The notes under the pieces were generated by a model. The model saw only the letters and a program-made list of their open reading frames with translations. It searched no databases and was not told where the DNA came from. Position numbers and translations under genes: made by a program. Positions 12,480 through 24,709 of a stretch of DNA of 64,000 nt are shown here, piece by piece. Each line of letters begins with the position of its first letter. Within the stretch, counting starts at the first letter, position 1. The DNA comes from Callorhinchus milii (lineage: Eukaryota). The stretch covers positions 10,728,001-10,792,000 of the forward strand of contig NW_024704742.1 of NCBI RefSeq assembly GCF_018977255.1, in the 5' to 3' direction.

Positions 12480-12790
12480 AACAATAATAATAGTAATTCT
12501 TGCATTTGATAGAGCTCCTTATTACACTGGCAAGATGTTTCAAAGTACTTAAGTGAAGTGCCTGTAATTGTAGGTGAATACAGCCGCCAATTTGCAAACT
12601 GCAATGACCTACAAACAGCCCCAAAGTAGATGCTCAATTTTATCTGGGGGATTGTTAGCCAGGACATCAGGAGAAATTCCCTTCTCTCTTCAAATAGTGC
12701 CATGGGATCTTTATTGTCCACCTGACTTGGCAGATAGGACCCCGGGTTCAACTTCTCATCAAGGACAGTATCTCCGATGACAATACAATC
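12480..12790 (-). mobile_element. SacSINE1/Deu-like SINE
   Basis: AAAGATCCCATGGCACTATTTGAAGAGAGAAGGG block and 3' tail on the minus strand. Confidence 0.75.
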
Positions 12791-13254
12791 CTTACAAGAA
12801 AAAGGTTGAGGAGAGGCAGCAGCCTCACTTTGAACCAGTAAATCTCACACATTGAAGAGAATCAAATCCAAATACCCACCTCCAGTCTATGTATCCTCCC
12901 CGTATTAGGCTGGCGGTGAAACAAAAGGATGTCCTTTTCTCTACTCCATATCTTCTCAACTGTCCCAACAATCTTTACATATAAATCCCGCCAATTGAGC
13001 CAAATTTTATTGCTATTTACTTAATTCAAATGCATCCCTACCAAAGGGTAGGTCTCATATAAAAGTATATTTTTAAGACAAAGTACTGACCCCTGACTGT
13101 CCAGTGCCTTGGGATGTCCTCCCAAGTTGTTGTTGTTATTCTCACTGTTATATCTCAAAGAGCCTGGAACAATTTTCTATTCCAATTGAAAGCAATTAAA
13201 TGCATCTCGCCATCTGTTAATGACCACCAAATGAAACCCAGGATGACTACTGCA

Positions 13255-13645
13255 ATTCTCCCATCTGCTTCTCCTCCTGAAGGTGTTGAGCTGTCACTGG
13301 GCACAGTTCCACAGATGCCAGCTACACTCCGGAATCTTGCCCAAGTCGCCATGTGTGAGCCTTGATAGTGAGTATTGGCAAACCATTTGAAGCATCCCAG
13401 CGGAGCCTAATACAGCCCTTATTGCCATACGCTCATACTTTCCAGGAGGGGTCACTAGATCGCAATTGGGAGTGTGAACCCTGATGATTTTCCCCTCCCC
13501 TGACCCAGGGCCAAATTGTAACTAGCCTGCCACCAACCAGGCAGATTTCAGATAGCACAGCACCGAGAACAATTCAAAGCTGTAACCTTCTGTTCTTTAT
13601 GGCCACATAGGGAAGCATTTTTCTTCCCACTAGACAAGCAGGTAG
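13255..13645 (-). mobile_element. Ancient AmnSINE2-like SINE
   Basis: Reverse complement: CCCTGGGTCAGGGGAGGGGAAAATCATCAGGGTTC...CTAGTGACCCCTCCTGGAAAG...GGCTCACACATGG...CCTTCAGGAGGAG; paralogue at 17620. Confidence 0.55.
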
Positions 13646-14329
13646 CTTATAATAATTTGTTTTGATTTATAGCCAGTTCCCCTCGAGATGTAACCTAGAA
13701 TCTTTTTCAGTTGATCACAAACCTATTTTCTTATGATATTTCTGAACCAACTCTACCCAACTGTGCTCCGAAAATAAGTGTGTTTCGATTGTAAGTAAGA
13801 GGTAATATAGCACAAAGGTTAACATTCTGAAAATGAGTGAACAAAGACTTGTTCTATGGTCTCTGAATATATTTTATTAGTATTGTGTTGTTATTATAGT
13901 AACAGAACTGCGTCTGATACCTGATTGCCACAAATAACATTGGTCACTTTATGGCTGTTGGTGGGATATTGCTGTCGCAAATTGGCTGCCTCGATTGCCT
14001 ACAAACATACACAGTTTACAGTGTATCCTGTCAAGCGCTTTGAGATGTCTTGATGATGTGATAAGGTGCTATATCAAATCCAAAGATTATTACTTTGGTA
14101 TTATAGGGGAGGATTTATTTTAGCTAGGAGAATGGGGAAACCCACAGCCTTGATACAAAGTGAGATGTGGGATATGAGGGTGTAAACTGAAAAAAAAATG
14201 ACTGTGTAAGAGTGTGTAAAACATAGACATATTCAGAATTAGCTGAAGAGTAGATGTTAGCTGAATTAGGTCAAAATGTGGGGGAAAAAACATATTTTGG
14301 GGGTTCTAAAAAGCAATTTCTCCAAAGAC

Positions 14330-15151
14330 GCCACTAAGTAATTGTTTACCTAGAGCATAATTAATGTCTGGAACAGGTTACCAAGCAGAGTGATTGAAGC
14401 CAGGATGATGCATTCTGGCCTTCTTCATCTAGATCTCTCTTGTGAACTGCTCTTTTGGTTGTTCTTCTGGAAGAGGTCTTTTAAAATAATAAGGGATTTT
14501 GCTGTTGTTAATAGGGAGAAATCATTTCAACTCAGTGACAGTTCAGTGAGTCAGTGACTAGAGGGCATCGATAGTGAGCAAATGGGGAGACCAGGAGAAT
14601 AGTTAGAATATGGTATGCCCTGTCAACATTGGTGGTTGAGGAAAAATCCATATTAGCTTTCAATAGGGAACTAGATAGATATTTAAAAGGATTAAACTGC
14701 AGGGGTATGGGAAAATGGCAGGTAATTAGGACTGAATGAATTGCTCTTAGATGATTCAGGGCAGACATGATGGGCTGGATATCCTTCTATGCATAAATTG
14801 TGGTTCTTTTGAAGGTTGGACCCATTGCAGCAATAGCAACAATAGATTCCACTGGCGGGTGGGTCGGTAACCTGAGGACATCGATTTAAAAGAAACAGAG
14901 GGGAGGTGAGGAGAATTTTTTTACCCAGTGAGTTGTTTGGATCTGGAATGCTTTGCCTGAAAGGGTGGTGGAAGCTGATTCAATAAAAACTTAAGAGAGA
15001 AGTAGATAATTATTTGGGGAGGACAAGTTTGCAGGGCTATGGGGAGAGAGTGGGGGAGTGGGATTGAATTGGAAGCTCTTTTCAAAGAGCCGGCACAGAC
15101 ACCATGGGCCAAGTGGCCTCCTTCTGCACTGTATAATTCTATGATTCTATG
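14330..15151 (+). mobile_element. Cluster of CR1 3' fragments
   Basis: Repeated FF.QRVV..WN.LP..VVEA-type segments; ATTCTATGATTCTATG tail ending at about 15151. Confidence 0.75.
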
Positions 15152-15415
15152 AACTTGCATTTATATAGCACCCCTCACGCAGGGTTGCATCCCAGAGCGC
15201 TTGACAGTGGTGGAGCACATCTCTGAGTTGGGGGGGGAAGAGGGAGGTGACCGTAGGCACAGTCGAATAGGAAGGACTTCAGGTGTGACCTGAAGATGGG
15301 GAAGGAAGGGGCAAGGCAGAGGAATAGTGGAAGCGTGTTCCAGATTTTCAAGGCATAGTGGCTGAAAGCGTGGCCACCAATGGTGGAACAGAGGGCTCGA
15401 GGGACATGCAGAAAG
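15152..15415 (-). mobile_element. L2 3' fragment (second family)
   Basis: HVPRA..STIGGHAFSHYALKIWNTLP...FRSHLKSFLF peptide plus stem-loop tail. Confidence 0.8.
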
Positions 15416-16534
15416 CAAAAGAGCATTGCATGATTTCTATCATGATGAAGTTGCACATGTGTAATGGATCCATCGAAACAGTCCAGTGTAGTACGCCAGT
15501 TTTTTGAAACTATTGGACAAACCCCAACCCTTTCTACGAAGGCAGACCTCTTTAATATACTGTAGTTTCACACTTTAGCTGCAGCGCCACATGCACGCCA
15601 GATTTCAAAGCCGTAACAAATTTAATTTAATTCTCCATTGCTATTTGAAATGCTTATAGATCATGAAGATGCTACAGGCAATAAAAAAAGAAAAACTTTG
15701 CAAAAGAGCATATCGAAATACTTGCAGGGCTGCCATTTACTTAAGTTAATGGGCCATTCTTTGAGAATGACCCCATTACAAAATGTTATCACTGCTGCAC
15801 TCTGGTGACTATGTGATTCTGCTGAGCCATTATAGCCAGTTTCTGATGAGATTGTCAGCCCCACAGGAGTCTTTTAAGAATGGTCAGGTCAAGGTAGGTT
15901 ACCCTAGGATAGGCGCATTGTCTTTATGCTCGAGAATAAATGGCTGCACTCAACTGTGTTAATGACCCTTCCTCAAGAGATTGTTGGAGGGTGCTGAAGG
16001 CATGTCACAGACATCGATGACCCAAGCGCAGCTGAGCTGTGTTTAATAAGGCGGTGAGCATCAGATTTAGAGAATAAAACCTTTTTTTGTAATATTCTCT
16101 GTGGAATAGTCAAGGTGGTGGTTCTGCAAAGACTTATTCCTTGCTCTGCGACTGTAACAAATTAAAAGCTGAAATAATCATTTTGCAAGAATTGTAATGA
16201 TCATACCCAATAAATATTACGTCAGTGAAGGGTCGCTTTGAGTATATAATTCTTTTTTAAAAGTCAGTATTAAGCAGAGTTGTGCTATGGAGAGAAAGAG
16301 AGACAGGAGAAACAAATAGATTCCCTTTGAATTGCGAGCCCCAGTTGGATTTCTTAGAAATTAATATAGTTGTTCTTGTTGTGCCTTTCGTTATAGATGT
16401 CAGCCTACCACATGTCGTAATGACAACATAATGATGGGAACATAAGTTCTGTGCATCCTAATCAAAATGGAGTTGCGCCCATCACACTTAAATAACTAAT
16501 GAATTGTGGTGTCTAGGCCCACACAAGAATAATA

Positions 16535-16725
16535 TATAATAATAATAGTAATAATTATCCTTGCATTTGATATAGCGCCTTATCACGTCTTCGAGGCGTC
16601 TCAAAGCGCTTCACAGGATATATTGTAAAGTGAATTGATTGTATATTTTGTGGGTGAAACGGGCAGCCAATTGCGCATAACAGCATCCCACAAACAATGG
16701 TGGATTGAGTTACCAAATTATTATT
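16535..16725 (-). mobile_element. SINE 3' half
   Basis: Body, stem-loop and (TTA)n tail. Confidence 0.8.
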
Positions 16726-17619
16726 TTTGAGGTAAAAAAACAGATAGTATTCACTTTCAGCACAGTTCAGTTGGTAGTGCTCTCACCTCTGAGGCAGAAG
16801 ATTCTGGATTGAAGCCGCATGTCTAGACTTTGATCTCATGGTCTCGGCTGACACTCCAGCTGGGGGAAACACTGCATTGTCATCTTAGGGCCAAGATTGG
16901 AAGCTCTCTAAACCAGTGGCATTTCAAAGGTTAAGAAAATAAATTGTATTAAAGGAAAACTCTTGCATTTAATATAGCGCCTTTCACCTCAGGTGGATGC
17001 CTCAAAGTGCTTGACAGGATGTACTGCAAAATGTAGTGACTAGTATTTTGGTGCAGAAGTTATGCCTGTTGCTTAGTTTTCTGCTGTCTGTTGAAGATAC
17101 AAATGATTTCGAAAGATGTCCATTCATTTAGCATCTTTTTTTGAGAGCCCAGCAGAAGTGCAAAAACAACAGTGTCAGTAAATTGTTCGTAGAAAAAAAG
17201 ACAAATGAGCACCTGACAGCTTTACTTAATTCTTTTTTGGTTCAAGCAGTGCAACAGTACAAAATTCCACGACTTAGAAAAAGAAGCAGGCCTTTTGATG
17301 ATTGAAATAGGGAAAAGGCATTAACCCAGTGTAGCAATACGGCCATGCAAATACAAAGGTTCCTGTCTCATTCCATGGGATGTATCTAAATTATGAGAGT
17401 CATTACAAAGTTAATGGGCCATTAATTACCAAGAATTCATAACTAGTGAATCTCAATTATGTTATGGCTGGAAATCCATAATTTAAGGGAGATTCAGCCA
17501 GACTCAGATGGCATCCAAGTGGATTTCCGTAGGTTCAGCCATAATATACCTGGGATTTGCCAGCTACGAATTCTTTTGTGACTCTTGCAATTTAGGCACT
17601 TGCCAACAGTTGTGCCAGC

Positions 17620-17890
17620 ATGTGGGTACTTCCCTCACATATTAGGGAGGGGAATATCTTCAAGGATTCTGCTCTTTATTAAGACCGAGTGACCCTGCTG
17701 GAAACTGCCGACATCAGGTGAGGATAAGCTTAGAATTGGCTCTAATGTTCCATGTTAAATAATCTGCTAACATTCACTCTCTGACTTACATAAAGAATGA
17801 CCACTTGGTCAAGGTACAGTCAGACCTTCAGTGACCTTGCTACCATTACACAGCAAGAGTGGAAATCTTCTGGAGAAGATGGGAGAAAGT
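17620..17890 (+). mobile_element. Ancient AmnSINE2-like SINE
   Basis: TTAGGGAGGGG...GTGACCCTGCTGGAAA...CAGGTGAGGA...AAGAATGACCACTTGG...GGAGAAGATGGGAGAAA. Confidence 0.55.
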
Positions 17891-20347
17891 TTAACTTTTT
17901 TGATTAAGATTTAGCGAAGTTGCACCTCCATTGACTATTCTGTGTGGACTGGGATTGTAAGGTTCCAGCTGCCCACAGTTTGAAACCTGTTTCTAAACTG
18001 CCCAGAATCGAGTGACTAAAATAATAAATTCACTGTTGCAAATCTAAAGAACCTGGGAGCCACTTGCTTTAAAATAAAATGGTCAAATTCCACTTGCACA
18101 GCACATTCCACAGAGCATGAATGTCTCAATGCACTTTACAAGGATCATGGGGAATATATGAGCAGAGAGGAAAATAGGGGGAGTTTGGAGATGTTGACCA
18201 AAGCTTTGGTCGAAGAAATACATTTTAAAAGCTGAATACTTTTCCAGTGGTAAGAATTTCTTGAAAAAAAATAATAAGTTGGTCACTCAATCCACGACTG
18301 TTTGTAGGACATTGCTGTGTGCATTTAGCTGCCACGTTTCCCCCAGGAAATGTACAGTCAATTCACTTTACAGTATAATCTGTGAAATGCTTTGAGATGT
18401 ACTGAAGACATGATAAGGCTCCATATTAAATGCAAGGATTATTATTACTATTAATATGTACCATTTTTGCCTCCTGCATTATTCTTGGACATTATAATAC
18501 AATTCACATATATATAGCATCTTTCAAATTAGGAAACATACCAAAGCACTTAACAGAGCAGTGTTGACTGGGCATCCACGTTGTTGTGGGAGATGAGGGG
18601 GATAGAGAGAGGAAAAGATGTCCAAAAGTGTGGTCAAAGAAGTATGTTTTGTGACATGCCTTGAATGAAGGATGGAGGAAAGGAGCAAGCGAATGAGTTG
18701 GAAGGAGAACAGGATAGAGTTCCAGAGAGTGAGGCTTTGCAAATTTTATGAAGTTAAAAAGATTTGCAATTTTATTTTTCTATTGATAGTATCTCTTTAA
18801 AACACACTGCACCTTTACGGTTCAGTGAAGTGATACAGCACATAGTTTGATCATCATTGATATAATTAGATTATTGCAGGCAAGAACTCAGCAGAACGAA
18901 CATGTTGCTTCTGCATGAAATTAACATGCTCCAAATCAACAGCTGAGAACCTGCCAAAATAGCTTCAAGATAGCTTCAAGCAGTCATCCTGATTTCACTG
19001 GATCATATTTAGATGGAGTGATGCAAGTGCACTATTTTAAAGTGCTCTAATGATTTGGAAACAATATCAGGAACATAAGAATATAAGAGATCAGAAAAGA
19101 CCATTGTGGTTCATCTGGCTGATTTCTACATTTTGAAACTAACACAAATAACCCTCACATTCAATCTTGTGTTACGAATTTGCTTCACATGCCAGTGATG
19201 TGGATGTGCTCAGATGTGGCTTTGAGACATGGATAAAGGACATTATTTTATTCTGGAATCTATTAAAAAGTTCTAATGAAAAGAGGGTTTTTTGAAAACA
19301 AACAACATTTGTTAATCCCTCCCCATTCACAGAAGTAAGCAAAATTTTAGATGTCACATTCACCTAAAAACACAGTCATACTTTACAGTATATCCTATGA
19401 AGTGCTTTGAGATGTCCTCCTGGTGTGATTGTTTTTATTATTTATTTGATTTTCACTAGCTTCAAGCAAGATGAAAGATTTAAAAACAAGTTTTCCCCAC
19501 AGATACAGATATGTGGAACAGACTTCAGCTATTGAAGTTGATGCTGTAATGATTTAAGAGATGCTAGCTAAATATCTGTACAGGAAGAGTATTAGAGGTT
19601 ACAACCATTAGTAAACAATCATTAGAGAAGAACAAATAGTCCCAGAAACACATGCATTTTGTGCTGCTGAGGACTGGACAGGGATCAAGGCTTTGAGAAA
19701 GGGAAGTCGTTCCAAGTTTGGATATTGGAGATCTTGGAATGTATAAATATTCTGGAATTATGTTTTTGCTTGATTACATTTTGGGGATGAGGGAGTAATC
19801 TGAGCAATGCTTTTCTCGAAGACTCAGTGCCTGGTAGGATTGAAAACACCTTACCTGCAGCACCGAGATAGTGCCTGTCAAAGTCACAAATGACATTCTC
19901 TCTCTCTGTGTCCTCTCTGGCTCCTTGTCCTCCTTGAGCTCTCTGCTGCTTTTGACCCAGTCGATCTTGCCATCCTCCTTAACCACCTCTCCTCCATCAT
20001 CCAGCTTAGTCAATCTTTCATCTCTTGGTTTGAGTTCTACTTGACCCACCGCCATTACTATGTCTCTGCAAATGTTTTTCTTCTGCCCTGGCACAGTAAT
20101 CCGGGGCATACCCCAAGACTCCATCCTTGGCCCCCTTTTCCTCATTTACATGTTCCCTCTCCGTGATGTCATCTGCAGACTTGGGGTCACCTTCCACAAC
20201 AACAACAACAACAAGATTCCATTTATAAAGCGCCTTTCACGTCAGGAGGACGTCCCAAGGCGCTGCACAGTTGGGTCATGACCCGAGCAGGGGGGAAATG
20301 GTCAGGGTGAGGGGAGGGAAGGGAGGGAGCGAGGAGGGGGGAAATGG

Positions 20348-23300
20348 TCAGGGTGAGGGGAGGGAAGGGAGGGAGCGAGGAGGGGGAAGAGAGTCGAGAG
20401 GGGAGCTGAAGGCACGGTCAAAGAGAAAGGTTTTGAGACCGGCCTTGAAGGAGGAAAGGGAGGAGGCGGCGAAGGCACTGGGGGATAGAGTTCCAGAGCC
20501 TCGGGGCTGAGAGGCTGAAGGCCCGGCCACCGATGGTAGGGCGATTGGGGCGGGGGACGTGGAGCAGACCGGAGCCAGAGGAACGGAGGGTACGGGCAGG
20601 TAGGGGGGATAGTAGGTTGGAGAGGTAGGAGGGAGCAAGGCCGTGAATGGCCTTGTAGGTGAGGATGAGGATCTTGAAATCAATCCTCTGGGGGATGGGG
20701 AGCCAGTGGAGGCGAGCGAGGGTGGGAGTGATGTGGTCCCGAAGCCTGGTGCGGGACAGTACACGAGCTGCAGAGTTCTGAATGACCTGCAGCTTGTGGA
20801 GGGAGGTGGCGGGAAGGCCGGCGAGGAGAGAGTTCCCATAGTCCAGCCTTGAGGTGACAAAGGCGTGAACCAGGGTTTCAGCAGCGTGAGGGGTGAGGTA
20901 ATGGCGTAGTCTGGCGATGTTCCGGAGGTGATGGAAGGCGGTGCCAGTTGTGGTGCGGATGTGAGGGAGAAAGGACAGCTCAGGGTCGAACAAAACGCCG
21001 AGGTTCCTGACTGGCTTTGAGAGGTGGAGAGTGCAGCCTTGGATGCTGATGGTGTCAGCGCCTGAGGTGCGGAGGCGCTGACGTGAGCCAATCAGGAGGG
21101 CCTCGGTTTTTCGCACGTTGAGCTGAAGAAAGTTGTCTCTCGTCCAGGACTCGATGTCGGACAGGCAGCTGTCAGGACATCGGTGGTCGTGGAGTTGAGA
21201 GTAGAGGAGGAAAGGTAGAGTTGGGTGTCATCCGCATACATGTGGAAGTTAACTCCATGTCTGCGGATGATGTCACCAAGGGGGAGCATATAGAGGGTGA
21301 AGAGGAGGGGACCGAGGACAGAGCCCTGAGGGACACCACATGAGACAGTGCGGGGGGTGGAGGAGAAGCCATTCGTCGAGACAAAGTGAAGACGGTGAGA
21401 AAGGTACGACCTAAACCACTCAAGGACAGTGCCTTGAAGGTTGAGGTGGGAGGACAAGCGGTGGAGTAGGATAGCGTGGTCGACCGTATCGAATGCTGCC
21501 GATAGGTCGAGGAGGACGAGGAGGCAGAGGGAGCCCTGGTCACAGATGGTCAGGATATCATTGGTGACCTTGACCAGGGCAGTTTCTGTGCTATGGGCAG
21601 CACGGAAACCTGACTGAAGGGGTTCGAAAAGTGAATGGGTGGAAAGGAAAGAGCGCAGTTGGGAGGTTGGAGATGGGCCGGTAGCTTGATAGCTGCGACG
21701 CATCAAGGGAGGGTTTTTTCAGGGTGGGCGTGATGGTGGCAGTTTTTAAGGGAATGGGGACAGAGCCAGAGGAGAGGGACAGGTTGATGATGTCAGTGAT
21801 ATGTGGGGCAAGAAAGTGGAGCTGGGAGATAAGGAGTGGAGTGGGGATGGGGTCAAGGGAGCAGGTGGTTGGTTTTAGGGATAGGATGAGTTTAGTGACA
21901 GAGGGTGGGGAAACGGGTACGAAAGTGTGTAGGGGAGGATGGGTAGGAGTCGGAGTGTGGGAGGGAGGGGGTGGGGGTGGTGGAAGTTGGAGGGGAAGTG
22001 ACCGCGGAGCGGATTCCCTTGATCTTGGATTCAAGGAAATCCAGCATCTCCTCGCAGTGAAGGTTGGAGGAGATGACCTGCGCGGGGTGGTGGGGGGGAC
22101 GGAGGAGTCGGGTTGTGGTGGAAAACAGTAGCCTGGGGTTGTTCTTCGCCTCCAGGATTATCCTGGAGTAGAAGGACGACTTGGCCGAGGCTAGAGTGGA
22201 GCGGTAAATTTTGAGGAGGTCCAGCCAGATTTGTCGGTGGACCGTTAGGCCAGATTTGACACAGGTGCGTTCAGCAGCCCGCACCTGGCTTTTCAGTGAG
22301 CGGAGGTGGGTGGTGTACCAGGGGGAGGAGCGGGAGTAGGAGACAGTGCGGGAAGTGATGGGGGCAAGAGTATCGAGTGTGGAGGAGAGGGTATTGTGGA
22401 GGAGGGAGAGAGGAGAAGAGGGGTCGGTGAGGGTTGAAGGCCAGAGGGAGAGGAGTTCAGAGGACTCCAAGGCATCGGTTAGGGATTGTGGGGGTAACTT
22501 CTTCCAAGGGCGGTAGAAGATGGTGGTGGGTCTGGTGGAGGTGGGGAGGGGGGTGGAGGTGGTGAAGGAGATGAAGTAGTGGTCAGAGATGGCCTTGTCG
22601 GTAATAGTGACATCCGAGACACTGAGGCCCCGGGTGATCACCAAATCGAGTGGGTGGCCGTGACTGTGAGTGGGGGAGTTTATGTGTAAGGAGAGGTTGA
22701 GTGAGGAGAGCAGGGAAGAGAAGTCTGTGGAGATGGAGCAGGAGGGGGTGAAGTGTAGGTTAAAGTCGCCCAGGATGATGAGGCGATCAGAGCAGAGGCA
22801 AAGAGATGTGAGGAGTGTTGAAATGTCAGAGATGAAGGTGGGAGAGGTTTTAGGGGGCCGGTAGAGGAGGAGGATTTTAAGGGAGAGGAATGAGGGGTGG
22901 GAGAGGGTGAGGTGCTCAAAGGAGGGGAAAGAGCCAGTGGAGTAGGGGATAGGGCAAGTGGTGTCCTTGAGATAAGGGCAACACCACCGCCACGGCGGTT
23001 GGGGCGGGGGATGTGGTGGGAGGTGTAGCCGGGTGGTGTGGCCTCCGTGAGGGGGAAGGTGTCGCCTGGGGTGAGCCAGGTTTCCGTTAAGGCCATGATG
23101 TCAACGTTCTCATCAAGGATGAGATCGTTGATGACCAGGGCCTTGTTGCAGAGGGAGCGGACATTTTGCAGTCCGATGTGGAGGGAGCGGTTGACAGAAG
23201 GGTGTGTGGGAGGGGAGGGGGTCCAGGTTGTGAGGCAGGGGTGGGGGGATGGGGATGAGGGAGGAGAGGTTGACTCCCCGGGTCTGTGTCCGGGGTGGGT

Positions 23301-23558
23301 GGCGAGTGTGGTGGGGAATGGGGCAGTCGGTGTGGCTGCTGCTGGACAGCCAACGCCGAGTGCCGCGGTGAGCCCGGCGGAGGATTCCCAGGCTGGAACA
23401 GAGGGAGGTTGTGGGAGGGTCAAGTGGGGATAGAAGACGAGAGGGACGGAGAGAGAGGAGGAGAGAGCGGGAGAGATGCAGAGGGGGTAGGGTTTGGGGG
23501 AGAGAGGAGGGGGGCAGGAGGGAGGGGGTGAGGGGGCTCGGGTCAAAGCGGCAGCCAT
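20348..23558 (-). pseudogene. L2 ORF (APE endonuclease + reverse transcriptase), frameshifted
   Basis: ATG at 23558; [84 protein letters not shown]; spread over several frames. Confidence 0.95.
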
Positions 23559-23827
23559 AGTGCGCACGCGAGGACCGGGAGCGAGCGGTCAGGTGGATAG
23601 CATTATCCCGTAGATTGGGGCAGCCAACCTAACAGGACCATTTTTTTTTTTTGTTGCGCGCGCACGCACCTGAAAACTAATCTATGACGTCAGCGGTTCC
23701 CACGCTCCGCCTGATACCTCCCCCCGCCCCCCCCAGCTGATCTCGCTCCGGCGTCGAGTTTAAATACCTGGGTCAGTAGGCCCAGGCTCCTCCCCGCGCT
23801 GTCCTGCCGCCGCTCCCCCACTCAACA
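23559..23827 (-). promoter_or_regulatory. CpG-rich L2 5' UTR, putative internal Pol II promoter
   Basis: Lies inside the TSD; contains TATTTAAA, GGGGCGGGG, TGACGTCA, TGCGCGCGCA, a 13-nt A-tract and the hairpin CCTGGG-N8-CCCAGG. Confidence 0.5.
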
Positions 23828-24709
23828 TTCCACATGTATGTGGATGACACCCAAACCACCTCCTCCTCCAGCTATCAGACATCAAGACCTGAATGAGCGC
23901 CAATTTCTGCAGCTGAATGTTGACAAGACAGAAGCAATAATCTTTGGCTCCTGTCAATGTCTTCTCACCTGCAGCTCAACCTCCGTAACCTCCCTGTCTA
24001 ACCCTCAGACTTACAGAAACTGTGTGTTTCCAATCCCACCAGCAACCTAGAGGTCAGGTTCGATCCTCAGCTGGAAAAAAGATAGGAAAGATCCTATCCC
24101 ATGTCTGGCCCTGACCAGGACTGCTTTGATCCACCTCATCACCTCTGATGGTACCTCACACCCAACACAGACAAAATCCTTATCCACTCTTATCCACTAT
24201 TTTGGCATTCATGGCCTTTCTCCTCGATTATTCCAGTGCCCTCTTCGCTGGTCTCCCCAGCTCCACCATTCATAAACTCCAATTAATTCAAAACTCCGCC
24301 ACCTGTATCCTCACTCACACCAAATTCCTAGCCCCATCCCTCCAGTCTTCACTGGCTCCCTATTGCAGAATGGATTGATTTCATGATTCTCGTGCTTCTG
24401 CACAAATCATTTTATGCCCTGACACCTTCTTACATCTCATTCCTCCACTCTGTGCTAACCTGGGTCCAGCCTCCCTGCACAGCCCTCATCCTCTCCGCTC
24501 CACCATCGGCAGCTGTGCTATCAGCCACCACGCCCCAAGTCTCTGGAACTCCCTACCTCAAGCCCTCCTGCTTGCCACCTCCTTGCCTGTCTTTACCTGA
24601 AGACTACAGTGCCTATGGTCACCTCCCCCTCTTCCCAGTTTACCATCTTAGTGTCAAGCACCATGAAGGGAGTTATATAAATGCAAGTTGTTGTTGAATA
24701 TAACATATA

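Larger units (their letters stand above)
20199..23827 (-). mobile_element. Young, apparently full-length single-ORF L2 LINE (3629 nt)
   Basis: 7-bp TSD TTCCACA (20192-20198 and 23828-23834); (TTG)n tail; 3' stem-loop; GC- and CpG-rich. Confidence 0.93.
19857..24697 (+). mobile_element. Older L2 fragment (RT to 3' end) split by the young L2; host arms 19857-20198 and 23828-24697
   Basis: TEIVPVKVTND, GIPQDSILGPLF, GVTFH|MYVDDTQ continuity across the insert, FLQLNVDKTEAIIFG, HKLQLIQNSA; ATAAATGCAAGTTGTTGTTG tail. Confidence 0.85.

Noticed and set aside
23559..23640. HDV-like ribozyme in the L2 leader (TCCTCGC resembles L3)
   Set aside because: Flanking bases do not form P3 or P1 by inspection
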